From Clostridiales bacterium (lineage in GTDB: Bacteria; Bacillota; Clostridia; Christensenellales; CAG-138), in the NCBI GenBank assembly GCA_024698505.1, contig JAILRE010000009.1:870-64869 (forward strand): a DNA stretch of 64,000 nucleotides. The letters run 5' to 3'. Position numbers and translations under genes: made by a program. Position 1 is the first letter of the stretch; each line of letters begins with the position of its first letter. Below, in pieces: positions 18,165 through 26,466 of the stretch. The notes beneath the pieces were generated by a model. The model saw only the letters and a list, made by a program, of their open reading frames with translations. It was not told where the DNA came from and made no database searches.

Positions 18165-20414
18165 ATGATCGATCTTTATGAAAAAGGCGTATATCTGGTA
18201 AACGGCAAGCCCCAGTGCGAGCCCGTTCCCGGCGTCACCCCCGAAGAGGGCCGCGAGAACACCATCGCTTATCAGATACTCAGGGCGCACAACACTTCCG
18301 ACGATGCGAAGAAGATGCGTATCCGTTTCGACTGCCTCATGTCGCACGACATCACCTACGTCGGCATCATCCAGACGGCGAGGGCTTCCGGCCTCAAGGA
18401 ATTCCCCATCCCCTATGCGATGACCAACTGCCACAACAGCCTCTGCGCCGTCGGCGGCACCATCAATGAGGACGACCACGTATTCGGCCTTTCCGCTGCC
18501 AAGAAGTACGGCGGCATCTACGTTCCCGTCAATCAGAGCGTCATCCACAGCTACGCGCGCGAGGCGATGGCGAACTGCGGCAACATGATCCTCGGCTCCG
18601 ACTCCCACACCCGTTACGGCGCTCTCGGCACCATGGGCGTTGGCGAAGGCGGCCCCGAGCTCGTCAAGCAGCTCCTCAAGAACACCTGGGATATCAACGC
18701 TCCCGAGGTAGTCCTCGTTTACATGACCGGCGCCCCCAGGAAGGGCATCGGCCCGCACGACGTCGCGCTCGCTCTCGTCAAGGCGACCTTCGCGAACGGC
18801 TTCGTCAAGAACAAGGTCATGGAGTTCGTCGGCCCGGGCATCGAGAGCCTGCCCTACGACTTCAGGAACGGCATCGACGTTATGACCACCGAGACCACCT
18901 GTCTCTCCTCCATCTGGGAGACCGACGCCGAGATCGAGAAGTATTACCGCATCCACGGCCGTCCCGAGGGCTTCAAGAAGCTCGCTCCCAAGGGCGTCGC
19001 TTACTATGACAGCATGATCACCGTCGATCTCTCCAAGATCGAGAGCATGATCGCGCTGCCATTCCATCCCTCCAACGCCTACACCATCCACGAGTTCCTC
19101 GCGAACCCCGTCGAGATACTCAAGTCCGTCGAGGCCGAGGCCGAGAAGAAGTTCGGCTCCAAGGTCCATCTCAAGCTGACCGACAAGGTCGTTGACGGCA
19201 AGGTCTACGCGGATCAGGGCGTTATCGCGGGCTGCTCCGGCGGCACCTTCGACAACTGCGTAGCCGCCGCTCAGATAATGGACGGTCACGACGTCGGCGA
19301 CGGATACTTCGGCTTCTCCGTATATCCCACCAGCGTTCCCACCTCCCTCGAGCTGACCAGGATCGGCATGACCGAGAAGCTCCTCGAGAGCGGCACCATC
19401 ATCAAGCAGAGCTTCTGCGGCCCGTGCTTCGGCGCAGGCGACGTTCCCGCCAACAATGGTCTCTCCCTCCGCCACACCACCAGGAACTTCCCCAACCGCG
19501 AAGGCTCCAAGCCCGGCGAGGGCCAGATCTCCACGGTCGCCCTTATGGACTCCCGCTCCATAGCCGCCACCGCGAGGAACCACGGCGCCATCACCGCCGC
19601 CACCGATATCGACTTCGACGATACCCATTACGAGTATCACTTCGATAAGTCCGTCTACGACAGGCGCGTTTACAACGGCTTCGGCAAGGCCGATCCCTCC
19701 GTCGAGCTCAAGCTCGGGCCCAACATCACCGATTGGCCCGCCATGTACGCTCTTACGGACAACGTCCTCCTCGAGCTGGACGCCGTCATCCGCGATCCCG
19801 TCACCACCACCGACGAGCTGATCCCCTCCGGCGAGACCTCGTCCTACCGCTCCAATCCCATCAGGCTTGCCGAGTTCGCACTCTCCCGCCGCGTGCCCGA
19901 GTACGTCGGCCGCAGCAAGCAGGTCATGGCTATGGATTTCGAGCGCCGCGACGGCAAGAAGCCCGAGCGCATCATGAACGCTCTCGCAAAGGTCGGCAAC
20001 GCCGATGAGCTCATCGAAAAAACCGGCTTCGGCTCCTGCGTATTCGCGAACAAGCCCGGCGACGGCTCCGCCCGCGAGCAGGCCGCTTCCTGCCAGAGGG
20101 TGCTCGGCGGCTTCGCCAACATCTGCTACGAGTACGCCACCAAGCGTTATCGTTCCAACTGCATCAACTGGGGCATCCTCCCGTTCACCCTCCCCGAGGG
20201 CGCGGAGTTCCCCTATGAGTGCGGCGACTTCGTCTACGTCGAGGGCGTCCGCGAGGCGGTCAAAAACGGCGTCGAGACGATCCCCGCAAAGGTCATCGCC
20301 AAAGACGGCGTGCACGATATCACGCTGAACATCAAGGGCCTCACCGCCGACGAGAAGGAGATCCTCCTCGAGGGCAACCTGATGAACTACTACAAGGCCC
20401 ACATGAAGGACTAA
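18165..20414 (+). CDS. Aconitase-family Fe-S hydratase (aconitate hydratase-like)
   Basis: RBS AGAAGGAGAG then ATG at 18165 (internal Met of ORF 17994..20414). Motifs GSDSHT, CGPCFG, and swivel-domain GDGSAREQAASCQR. Confidence 0.8.
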   Translation: MIDLYEKGVYLVNGKPQCEPVPGVTPEEGRENTIAYQILRAHNTSDDAKKMRIRFDCLMSHDITYVGIIQTARASGLKEFPIPYAMTNCHNSLCAVGGTINEDDHVFGLSAAKKYGGIYVPVNQSVIHSYAREAMANCGNMILGSDSHTRYGALGTMGVGEGGPELVKQLLKNTWDINAPEVVLVYMTGAPRKGIGPHDVALALVKATFANGFVKNKVMEFVGPGIESLPYDFRNGIDVMTTETTCLSSIWETDAEIEKYYRIHGRPEGFKKLAPKGVAYYDSMITVDLSKIESMIALPFHPSNAYTIHEFLANPVEILKSVEAEAEKKFGSKVHLKLTDKVVDGKVYADQGVIAGCSGGTFDNCVAAAQIMDGHDVGDGYFGFSVYPTSVPTSLELTRIGMTEKLLESGTIIKQSFCGPCFGAGDVPANNGLSLRHTTRNFPNREGSKPGEGQISTVALMDSRSIAATARNHGAITAATDIDFDDTHYEYHFDKSVYDRRVYNGFGKADPSVELKLGPNITDWPAMYALTDNVLLELDAVIRDPVTTTDELIPSGETSSYRSNPIRLAEFALSRRVPEYVGRSKQVMAMDFERRDGKKPERIMNALAKVGNADELIEKTGFGSCVFANKPGDGSAREQAASCQRVLGGFANICYEYATKRYRSNCINWGILPFTLPEGAEFPYECGDFVYVEGVREAVKNGVETIPAKVIAKDGVHDITLNIKGLTADEKEILLEGNLMNYYKAHMKD

Positions 20415-20430
20415 GACCGTATCGGCCTGC

Positions 20431-20459
20431 GGGCGGAGCGAATGCTCCGCCCGTTTTTC
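20431..20459 (+). terminator. Rho-independent terminator
   Basis: GGGCGGAGC-GAAT-GCTCCGCCC followed by GTTTTTC. Confidence 0.8.
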
Positions 20460-20515
20460 TTTCCGCGCGGCGCGAAGAGGCAAAAAATATTTTTATCAAA
20501 ACCGACAAATAGGGG

Positions 20516-20571
20516 TTGACAACTGTTATCCAAAGCGGTATCATACGGGTAGAGGATAACAAGAGTTATCC
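20516..20571 (+). promoter_or_regulatory. blaI-like promoter (TTGACA-17-TATCAT) with a GTTATCC site and a GGATAAC-N4-GTTATCC palindrome
   Basis: TTGACA at 20516-20521 and TATCAT at 20539-20544. GTTATCC at 20525-20531. Perfect palindrome at 20554-20571, between the -10 and the start codon. Confidence 0.55.
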
Positions 20572-20585
20572 ATGTTTGAAACGAG

Positions 20586-20972
20586 GTGAACGCTGTGAAG
20601 AAGATATCCCTTTCCGACGGCGAATGGAAGCTCATGAATCTCCTGTGGGACAGCGAGCCCAGGACGATAGGCGAAATGGTGACCGCTCTGAAGCACGATA
20701 CCGGCTGGACGAAGGCGACGATCAACATTATGCTTACCCGCCTTGCCGAAAAGGAGGCCGTCCGCATAGAGACGGGGGGCAGGGCAAAGCTGTTCTATCC
20801 CATCGTTAAGAGGGACGAGGCCGTCGTGCAGGAGGCGAAGGACACCCTCGGCAAGATAAGGCCCTCCGGCCTCGGGCTGCTCGTCAGCACCATGACTAAG
20901 GAATCGAAGCTCTCCGACAGCGAGATCGACGAGCTTCTTGCCATTCTGAAGGAGGCGAAGGAACGTGACTGA
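20586..20972 (+). CDS. BlaI/MecI/CopY-family transcriptional repressor
   Basis: 128 aa. Winged-helix N-terminus LSDGEWKLMNLLWDSEPRTIGEMV..TKATINIMLTRLAEKEAV. An alternative GTG start lies at 20595. Confidence 0.85.
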   Translation: MNAVKKISLSDGEWKLMNLLWDSEPRTIGEMVTALKHDTGWTKATINIMLTRLAEKEAVRIETGGRAKLFYPIVKRDEAVVQEAKDTLGKIRPSGLGLLVSTMTKESKLSDSEIDELLAILKEAKERD

Positions 20973-23064
20973 TCTTATTTGGGTCATATCTTCATCGGTT
21001 TTGATAATCGCCGTAACGGTCATCCGCGCCGCGCTGGGCAAAAGGATGAGCGCGGGGCTGAGGTATGCGCTTTGGGGCATAGTGCTCGTAAGGCTGCTCA
21101 TACCCGGGATGATATTCTCAAGCCCCGTCAGCATCGAGAACGCCGCCGACAGGACGGAGATAGTGAGGGACATGGAGGCCGTGCGAGAGGTCAGCGCCAT
21201 CGCGCAGGCCGAGGACGGCTCCGTCGTGGGCCTTTTGAAGAGGCCCGCGCAGCAGACCTCCGCGAACGAGGGCGAGACAAAGCCCGCGCCTGCAGTCTCC
21301 GCAAAGCCGGAGCCGGCAGTTTCCGCAAAGCCCGCGCCCGCCGCTTCCGAAAAGCCGGATCCCAAACAGGACGAGGCGCAGCAGACCGCCGCTCCCGCCG
21401 GGGAGAAGGTCAGGACCGCGGTGATACTTTCCGAAGCCACGCCCGAGCGCTTCACGAAAATGCAGAAGACTCTGAAGCTCCGCGACGTGCTGAACGTAAT
21501 CTGGTACACGGGCATGGGCCTTGCAGCCGTCTACTTCATCGCGGCGAACCTGCGCTTCTATCTCAGGCTCAGAAAGAGGCGCGAGCGCATAGGGGAAGCC
21601 CCCGGCTGCCGCGTATACAGCGTGGAGGGGCTCACCTCCTCCTGCCTGTTCCTCAATTCGATATACGTCTCGAAGGAGACCGCAAACGACGCGGAGAAGC
21701 TCCGTTACGTGCTGGCGCATGAGCGCGCGCATTTCCGCCATGGGGACAGCGTATTCGCCCTGCTCCGCTCGGCGGCGATAGTGCTCCACTGGTACAATCC
21801 CCTCGTCTGGCTGGCGGCCTTCCTTTCAAGGCATGACAGCGAGCTCTTTGCCGACGCTGGAGCTGTTTCCGCGGTCGGCGAGGACGAAAGGGAGCGCTAC
21901 GGCAAGACGCTGATCGAGCTTTCGGCGCGTTCCTCCGTGTATGCTCCCATAGCCTGCGCCGCGACCATGATGACGAGCGGCAAGGCGGAGCTCAAGAGCC
22001 GCATAACCCATATCGCGAAGCGCCGCAGGATGGGCCTTGCAATAGCCGCGGCCGTGCTCGTGCTGGCGCTCGCCGCAGTCGGCTGCTCCTTCATAGGCGG
22101 CCAAAAGAAGCCCGACGAAAACGGACCCAAGACCACCGAGGCGCCGACGGAGGAGCCTACCGCAACACCGACCGAGGTTCCCACCGAGGAGCCGACGGCC
22201 GAGCCGACGGAGGCGTCTGCTCCGACGGAAGCGCCTGCTCCGACGGAGGAGCCTACTCCGGAGCCTACTGCGACTCCCGAGCCCACTCCCGATCCCATCC
22301 CGACGGGCGTGCCGTATCTTCGCGTGACGTGTACTACCGTTTATGAGGACGGCAGCCTGACGCGTATTACCGGAGGCGTTTTGGATGCGTACGATAGCGT
22401 GCTCTATAACTATTCGGAGGATCATTACGACGATCCGGATACGATCTTCGAGTACAACGAGCGCGGGGACCTCGTCAGGGAGCAGCGGCGCGGAGCTTTT
22501 TACGAATACGTATGGGAGTATAACGAAGCCGGGCGTCCCACGAAGCAATCGGTCTATTTCGGCTACGACGGAAAAGAGGCCGACCTCATGAACTACTTGT
22601 GCTATGATTACGATGAGGATGGAAAGCTCGTCGCGATAAGGTCGTATTTCTACGACGACAGACTGGTGGGCACCACGGAATTCGATGAATTCGAGAGGCC
22701 GAAAAGGAACTACAAAGACGATCCGGAGCAGCCCTCAAGCGAACTCTTATATGAATACGACGAGCACGGAGAGCAGACGATTCGTACCCAGAAGTATTAC
22801 CGCGACGGTGAACTCGTGCGTTGGCAGACCGATCGGAATGAGATGACTTACGATGAGAACGGCCGCGTTACCGAGAGAATCAGTTACAGCAGCGAATCTT
22901 CATACGGCAATGAGATCGAGGAGCATCCGACGGGAAAACGCGTCCGTGAGTACGATGAAGCCGGCAGGCTGATAAAGGAATATTGCTACGAATACATAGA
23001 CGGTGAGTTTGTGCTGTTCTCGACAACGATCAACGAATTCGAGATCATTTACGAAGGCGAATAA
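20965..23064 (+). CDS. BlaR1/M56-family membrane metalloprotease sensor with a C-terminal YD-repeat ectodomain
   Basis: GTG start overlaps the blaI-like stop by 8 nt. HEXXH in LAHERAHFRHGD. A TM segment then a PTEEPT linker. At least 6 YD-type repeats (EYNERGDLV, EYNEAGRPT, YDYDEDGKLV, YEYDEHGEQT, TYDENGRVT, EYDEAGRLI). Confidence 0.8.
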   Translation: MTDLIWVISSSVLIIAVTVIRAALGKRMSAGLRYALWGIVLVRLLIPGMIFSSPVSIENAADRTEIVRDMEAVREVSAIAQAEDGSVVGLLKRPAQQTSANEGETKPAPAVSAKPEPAVSAKPAPAASEKPDPKQDEAQQTAAPAGEKVRTAVILSEATPERFTKMQKTLKLRDVLNVIWYTGMGLAAVYFIAANLRFYLRLRKRRERIGEAPGCRVYSVEGLTSSCLFLNSIYVSKETANDAEKLRYVLAHERAHFRHGDSVFALLRSAAIVLHWYNPLVWLAAFLSRHDSELFADAGAVSAVGEDERERYGKTLIELSARSSVYAPIACAATMMTSGKAELKSRITHIAKRRRMGLAIAAAVLVLALAAVGCSFIGGQKKPDENGPKTTEAPTEEPTATPTEVPTEEPTAEPTEASAPTEAPAPTEEPTPEPTATPEPTPDPIPTGVPYLRVTCTTVYEDGSLTRITGGVLDAYDSVLYNYSEDHYDDPDTIFEYNERGDLVREQRRGAFYEYVWEYNEAGRPTKQSVYFGYDGKEADLMNYLCYDYDEDGKLVAIRSYFYDDRLVGTTEFDEFERPKRNYKDDPEQPSSELLYEYDEHGEQTIRTQKYYRDGELVRWQTDRNEMTYDENGRVTERISYSSESSYGNEIEEHPTGKRVREYDEAGRLIKEYCYEYIDGEFVLFSTTINEFEIIYEGE

Positions 23065-23077
23065 TAAAGATCGAATG

Positions 23078-23106
23078 AAAAACTCCCTTGAAAAAGGGAG
23101 TTTTTT
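23078..23106. terminator. Bidirectional-looking terminator hairpin
   Basis: AAAAACTCCCTT-GAAA-AAGGGAGTTTTTT. Confidence 0.75.
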
Positions 23107-23475
23107 ACATGCCCGAAATTTCGAAAAAACGAATCGGCGATCTTCCTTTCGGGCATGATAGGCTCATGGAAAGAACGAACGAAACTATCGGGCGGGAGAG
23201 AAGGGGAAGAGGCTTCCCCTCCCGCGAAGGAGCCGGGGAGGAGTTCCCCGAAAAGCAGTGGGAAAGACAGAAGGCGGACGTGCCGGACGTCTTCCCGGAG
23301 GAGATGCCCGCGGAGCATCCGCACGAAACGCATGAGTATCAGCCCTTCTGCGGTAACGATATTTTCGAGATGACGGGCCTGGGGACTGTGAACATGCCTT
23401 ACCGCGCGCAAACAAGGCCGGGGTTCGGTGATGATGGGCTTGCGCCCGGGGCCCTTGCGGAAGGGATCGGCACGC

Positions 23476-23517
23476 TCCCGCCCTCCGATTTGTAAGGCGC
23501 AAAACAAAAAAGGCGGC
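23476..23517. repeat. 42-bp direct repeat, copy 1
   Basis: TCCCGCCCTCCGATTTGTAAGGCGCAAAACAAAAAAGGCGGC, identical to 23701-23742. Confidence 0.95.
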
Positions 23518-23700
23518 GGTTCTACGTCCGCCCCACCGCTCAGCCTCCCTTCCTCCGGAGGGGAGGCGTCGAACCGACGCAGTCGGAGAGACGGAGGGGC
23601 AGCTCTTCCTGCAATCAGCTCTTTGCACGATACCCCTCAGTCGGCATACGCCGACAGCTCCCCTGCAGAGCAAGGGAGCCTGTTCGGACGCACACCCGCG
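23518..23700. repeat. 183-bp hairpin-rich insert belonging to the intergenic repeat family
   Basis: Contains GTCGAACCGACGCAGTCGGAGAGACGGAGGGGC, a near copy of 34605-34640, plus the palindrome CCTCCGGAGG and a GTCGGC..GCCGAC hairpin. Confidence 0.7.
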
Positions 23701-23742
23701 TCCCGCCCTCCGATTTGTAAGGCGCAAAACAAAAAAGGCGGC
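23701..23742. repeat. 42-bp direct repeat, copy 2
   Basis: Identical to 23476-23517. Its 3' end forms the left arm of the terminator hairpin at 23737-23751. Confidence 0.95.
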
Positions 23743-23757
23743 AAAGCCGCCTTTTTT
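23731..23757. terminator. Bidirectional terminator shared by the convergent genes
   Basis: AAAAAAGGCGGC-AAA-GCCGCCTTTTTT. Confidence 0.8.
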
Positions 23758-23766
23758 CGTTAGCTC

Positions 23767-25035
23767 TTACTGTTTCTTAGCCTTTTTGGCTCCGGCCTTC
23801 TTCTCGAGCACGGAGAGCTTGAGGCCGGTGTTGTAGAAGTCCTTGGTGGTGCAGCCCGCTCGGCCGCCGCCCGCGCAGGCGCAGGCGCACGCGCAGGCGC
23901 AGGAATGAGCGCAGGCGCAGGAGGAATGCGCGCAGCCACCGCTCCTCGTGGAGCCGCCGCCGGAGGAACGCGGCCTCGAGACGGGGATCGTCACGACGTG
24001 CACGCGCATATAGGTGTTGGGATCGGGACCGTAATGGTAGGTGCCGTCGGTCTTCTTGTCCTTCACCTCTTCGGGGACCTGCTCCTCGGTAACGGTCTCC
24101 TTGCTCTTGATGAAGCTCGTTCCGCAGTACGCGCAGTTATCCTTGCCCTCGGGCCTCGGCGCGCCGCAGTTCGGGCAGGACTCGTGATAGACTATCTTCT
24201 CCCTCGTGATCTTCTTTTCGGAAGAGGCGCCCGAGAAGCCCGAGCCGCCCTTGAACACGGCCTGGAACGCGCTCTTGATCGCGCTTATCACGCCGACCAC
24301 GATCATGAAGAACACGACCGCGGAGATGCCCGTTGCAAAGTCGCAGCCGAGATCCTGACAGCTGGAACCGTCGTCATAATCGCCGCCGCCGCCAAAGCCC
24401 TTTTCTATCGTCTTGGAGCTGTCGAAGGCGTACGCGTCGTTTTCGTACGTGACGCCGACCGTGTAGGTATCGTTCGCGGCGAGCGCGGTCTCCCAGGTGT
24501 AATAGCCGTCCTCCTTCAGAAGGCAGGCGGGGGTAACGGATTTGACGAGCCTGCTGTCCCACTTGATTATCAGCTTGTCGACCGAGCAGTCGAACCAACC
24601 GGGGGTGAATTCATAATAGGTCTCGCCCTCGGTGAAGTAGTTCATCTGGTACATATAGTCCTGCACCACTTCGAAATCGAAGCTGACTACCTCGCCCTCG
24701 TAATACTTCCTGTCAAGGTCGACCCTCGCGTAGGTGCCGCTCTTGGAGTAATAGGTCACGCTGTCGACCGTATCGGAAAGGCCGCGCATGGAGAGATAGT
24801 TGGAATTCGGTATGCCGACCTTTACCCATTCGAGCGGGCCCTCGCTGGAGCTGTCAAGCACCTTCCAATCGAAATGATAGGTGAGTGTCAGCGTGCCGTC
24901 CTCGTTCACGTCAACGGTGATGCGGTATTCCAGTATCTCGTCGAGAGGGCCGGCCGCCTTTGCCTTGGGAGCGACCCCAATGAGTACCGTCAGAAGCAGC
25001 GCGAGCGCCGCGATAATAACAACAGCTTTTTTCAT
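23767..25035 (-). CDS. DUF2207-N-like membrane protein with a cytoplasmic zinc ribbon and a C-terminal (Cys-Ala)n tail
   Basis: RBS AAGGAGGG then ATG at 25035 (MKKAVVIIAALALLL). Beta-rich ectodomain EYRITVDVNEDGTLTLTYHFDWKV, TM segment ISAVVFFMIVVGVISAI, CPNCG..CAYCG, and tail GGCAHSSCACAHSCACACACACAGGGRAGC. Confidence 0.75.
   Translation of the reverse strand: MKKAVVIIAALALLLTVLIGVAPKAKAAGPLDEILEYRITVDVNEDGTLTLTYHFDWKVLDSSSEGPLEWVKVGIPNSNYLSMRGLSDTVDSVTYYSKSGTYARVDLDRKYYEGEVVSFDFEVVQDYMYQMNYFTEGETYYEFTPGWFDCSVDKLIIKWDSRLVKSVTPACLLKEDGYYTWETALAANDTYTVGVTYENDAYAFDSSKTIEKGFGGGGDYDDGSSCQDLGCDFATGISAVVFFMIVVGVISAIKSAFQAVFKGGSGFSGASSEKKITREKIVYHESCPNCGAPRPEGKDNCAYCGTSFIKSKETVTEEQVPEEVKDKKTDGTYHYGPDPNTYMRVHVVTIPVSRPRSSGGGSTRSGGCAHSSCACAHSCACACACACAGGGRAGCTTKDFYNTGLKLSVLEKKAGAKKAKKQ
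23873..23937. repeat. GCGCAG/GCGCAC hexamer tandem tract encoding the Cys-Ala repeats
   Basis: GCGCAGGCGCAGGCGCACGCGCAGGCGCAGG...GCGCAGGCGCAGG, read on the minus strand as (CA)n. Confidence 0.9.
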
Positions 25036-25049
25036 GCCGGTCGCCCTCC

Positions 25050-26423
25050 TTATCGATCCCTGTGTATGCGCAGGGGACATTCGCCGCTCATAAGAGCGGA
25101 GTTTTCGCGTATCCTCGAACACGCCTCGCCGTTCCACACGGCTTCCCAATCATCCTCGAGCATGCTGCCGAGCGCATTCCCCGAAAGCCAGCTCTGGCAG
25201 GGGACTATGCTCCCTCCGGGCGTGACCGCCATATTGGAGAGGCACGCGCCGCAGGTGGGCGTGCTTATGCCGAGCTCGCCGCAGAGCGCGGCGTCCACCC
25301 AGCCGGGGGAGGTGAAGCTTATCTCCATCTCGTTTGCGTAGCAGTAATCGACGGCTTCCCTCAGTATGGCCGTTATCTCTTCCTTCGTCAGCTGCAGCCT
25401 CTCGGAGGGATCCTTCGCGGCGTTGCCCGTCGTGATGAGGCCGGAGCAGGTGACGTAGGTCACTCCGAGCCCGCGCAGGAATTTCAGCGTGGAGAGGTAA
25501 TCGCGGTTCAGCGTGCAGAGCGGCGTGTTCACCGAAAGGCTGAGGCCCGCGGCAAGCGCGTTTTTGATGCCGTTCACGGTGTCGCCGTATTTCTCCGCGC
25601 CGACGAGCGCGTTATGCACCTTCTCATCCGAGGAATAGAACGTGACCTGCACGCTGTCGAGCGAAGCCTCGCGGAGCTTTAAGACGTAATCCTCCGTCAG
25701 CAGTATGCCGTTCGTGTTGAGCCTCGTTATGAACCATTTCGCGTAGTCGATAAGCTCGGGAAGATCGGGCCTGATCGTCGGCTCGCCGCCCGTGAAGGTG
25801 ACCTGCGTAACGCCGATCTCACGGCATTTGTCGATTATCCTCTTCCAATCGTCGGTCGAAAGCTCGGCCTCCTCGGCGTGCTGCTGACCGGCGGCGTAGC
25901 AGTGGACGCATTTCTGATTGCAGTGCCATACGCCGTCCTTCGTCATGGCGCTCACCATGAGATCCATCCTGTGCGGAGCGCGCATGAAGGGCGCGTACTC
26001 GCCCAGGGTGACGTATTCGATATCCTCGGTCACCTTCTCGCCCCGCGCGACCTGCTTGAAGGTGTTCATTATCGTGTAGATATCCTCGCGCAGACGCTTC
26101 CTGCCGAGAAGGGGATAGACCTTCCGCACGGCCTTTTCGGTGCTGCGCATTATGGTCTCGGTCTCCTCCTCGCCGACGGGGCGGCCCGCGTACTTATTCA
26201 CCTCGTTTATGAACTCGATCAGGAGTATGCTCCATGAACGGTTGACGGGTATCACGTCCTGACCGTTGATTATCGCGCAGGACGCCGCGATCTCGTTCCC
26301 CTGAACGACGGGCGGAACGAGATGTATCCTCACTACGCCGGGCCCCTCGGGGTTGAGCGTGGTGTGGTAGACCTCGTTGAAATGCTCCGCCGCGTAGCGC
26401 AGTTCTCGCTTCGATGTTTTCAT
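25050..26423 (-). CDS. Radical SAM enzyme with a C-terminal SPASM/twitch-like Cys cluster and a ~150-aa N-terminal extension
   Basis: 457 aa. CxxxCxxC in HCNQKCVHCYAAG, GGEP motif FTGGEPT, and C-terminal cysteines in VTCSGL.., TCGACLSNMAVTPGGSIVPCQSW, EACSRI, GECP. Confidence 0.85.
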   Translation of the reverse strand: MKTSKRELRYAAEHFNEVYHTTLNPEGPGVVRIHLVPPVVQGNEIAASCAIINGQDVIPVNRSWSILLIEFINEVNKYAGRPVGEEETETIMRSTEKAVRKVYPLLGRKRLREDIYTIMNTFKQVARGEKVTEDIEYVTLGEYAPFMRAPHRMDLMVSAMTKDGVWHCNQKCVHCYAAGQQHAEEAELSTDDWKRIIDKCREIGVTQVTFTGGEPTIRPDLPELIDYAKWFITRLNTNGILLTEDYVLKLREASLDSVQVTFYSSDEKVHNALVGAEKYGDTVNGIKNALAAGLSLSVNTPLCTLNRDYLSTLKFLRGLGVTYVTCSGLITTGNAAKDPSERLQLTKEEITAILREAVDYCYANEMEISFTSPGWVDAALCGELGISTPTCGACLSNMAVTPGGSIVPCQSWLSGNALGSMLEDDWEAVWNGEACSRIRENSALMSGECPLRIHRDR

Positions 26424-26466
26424 TTATCTACCTCCTGTGTGTTTTTCGGGAGTTTGGGTTCTTATT

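Noticed and set aside
18102-20483. 793-aa minus-strand ORF
   Set aside because: It is antisense to the aconitase-family gene. The composition is dominated by Gly/Ala/Val/Asp/Leu, with no motifs and no start context.
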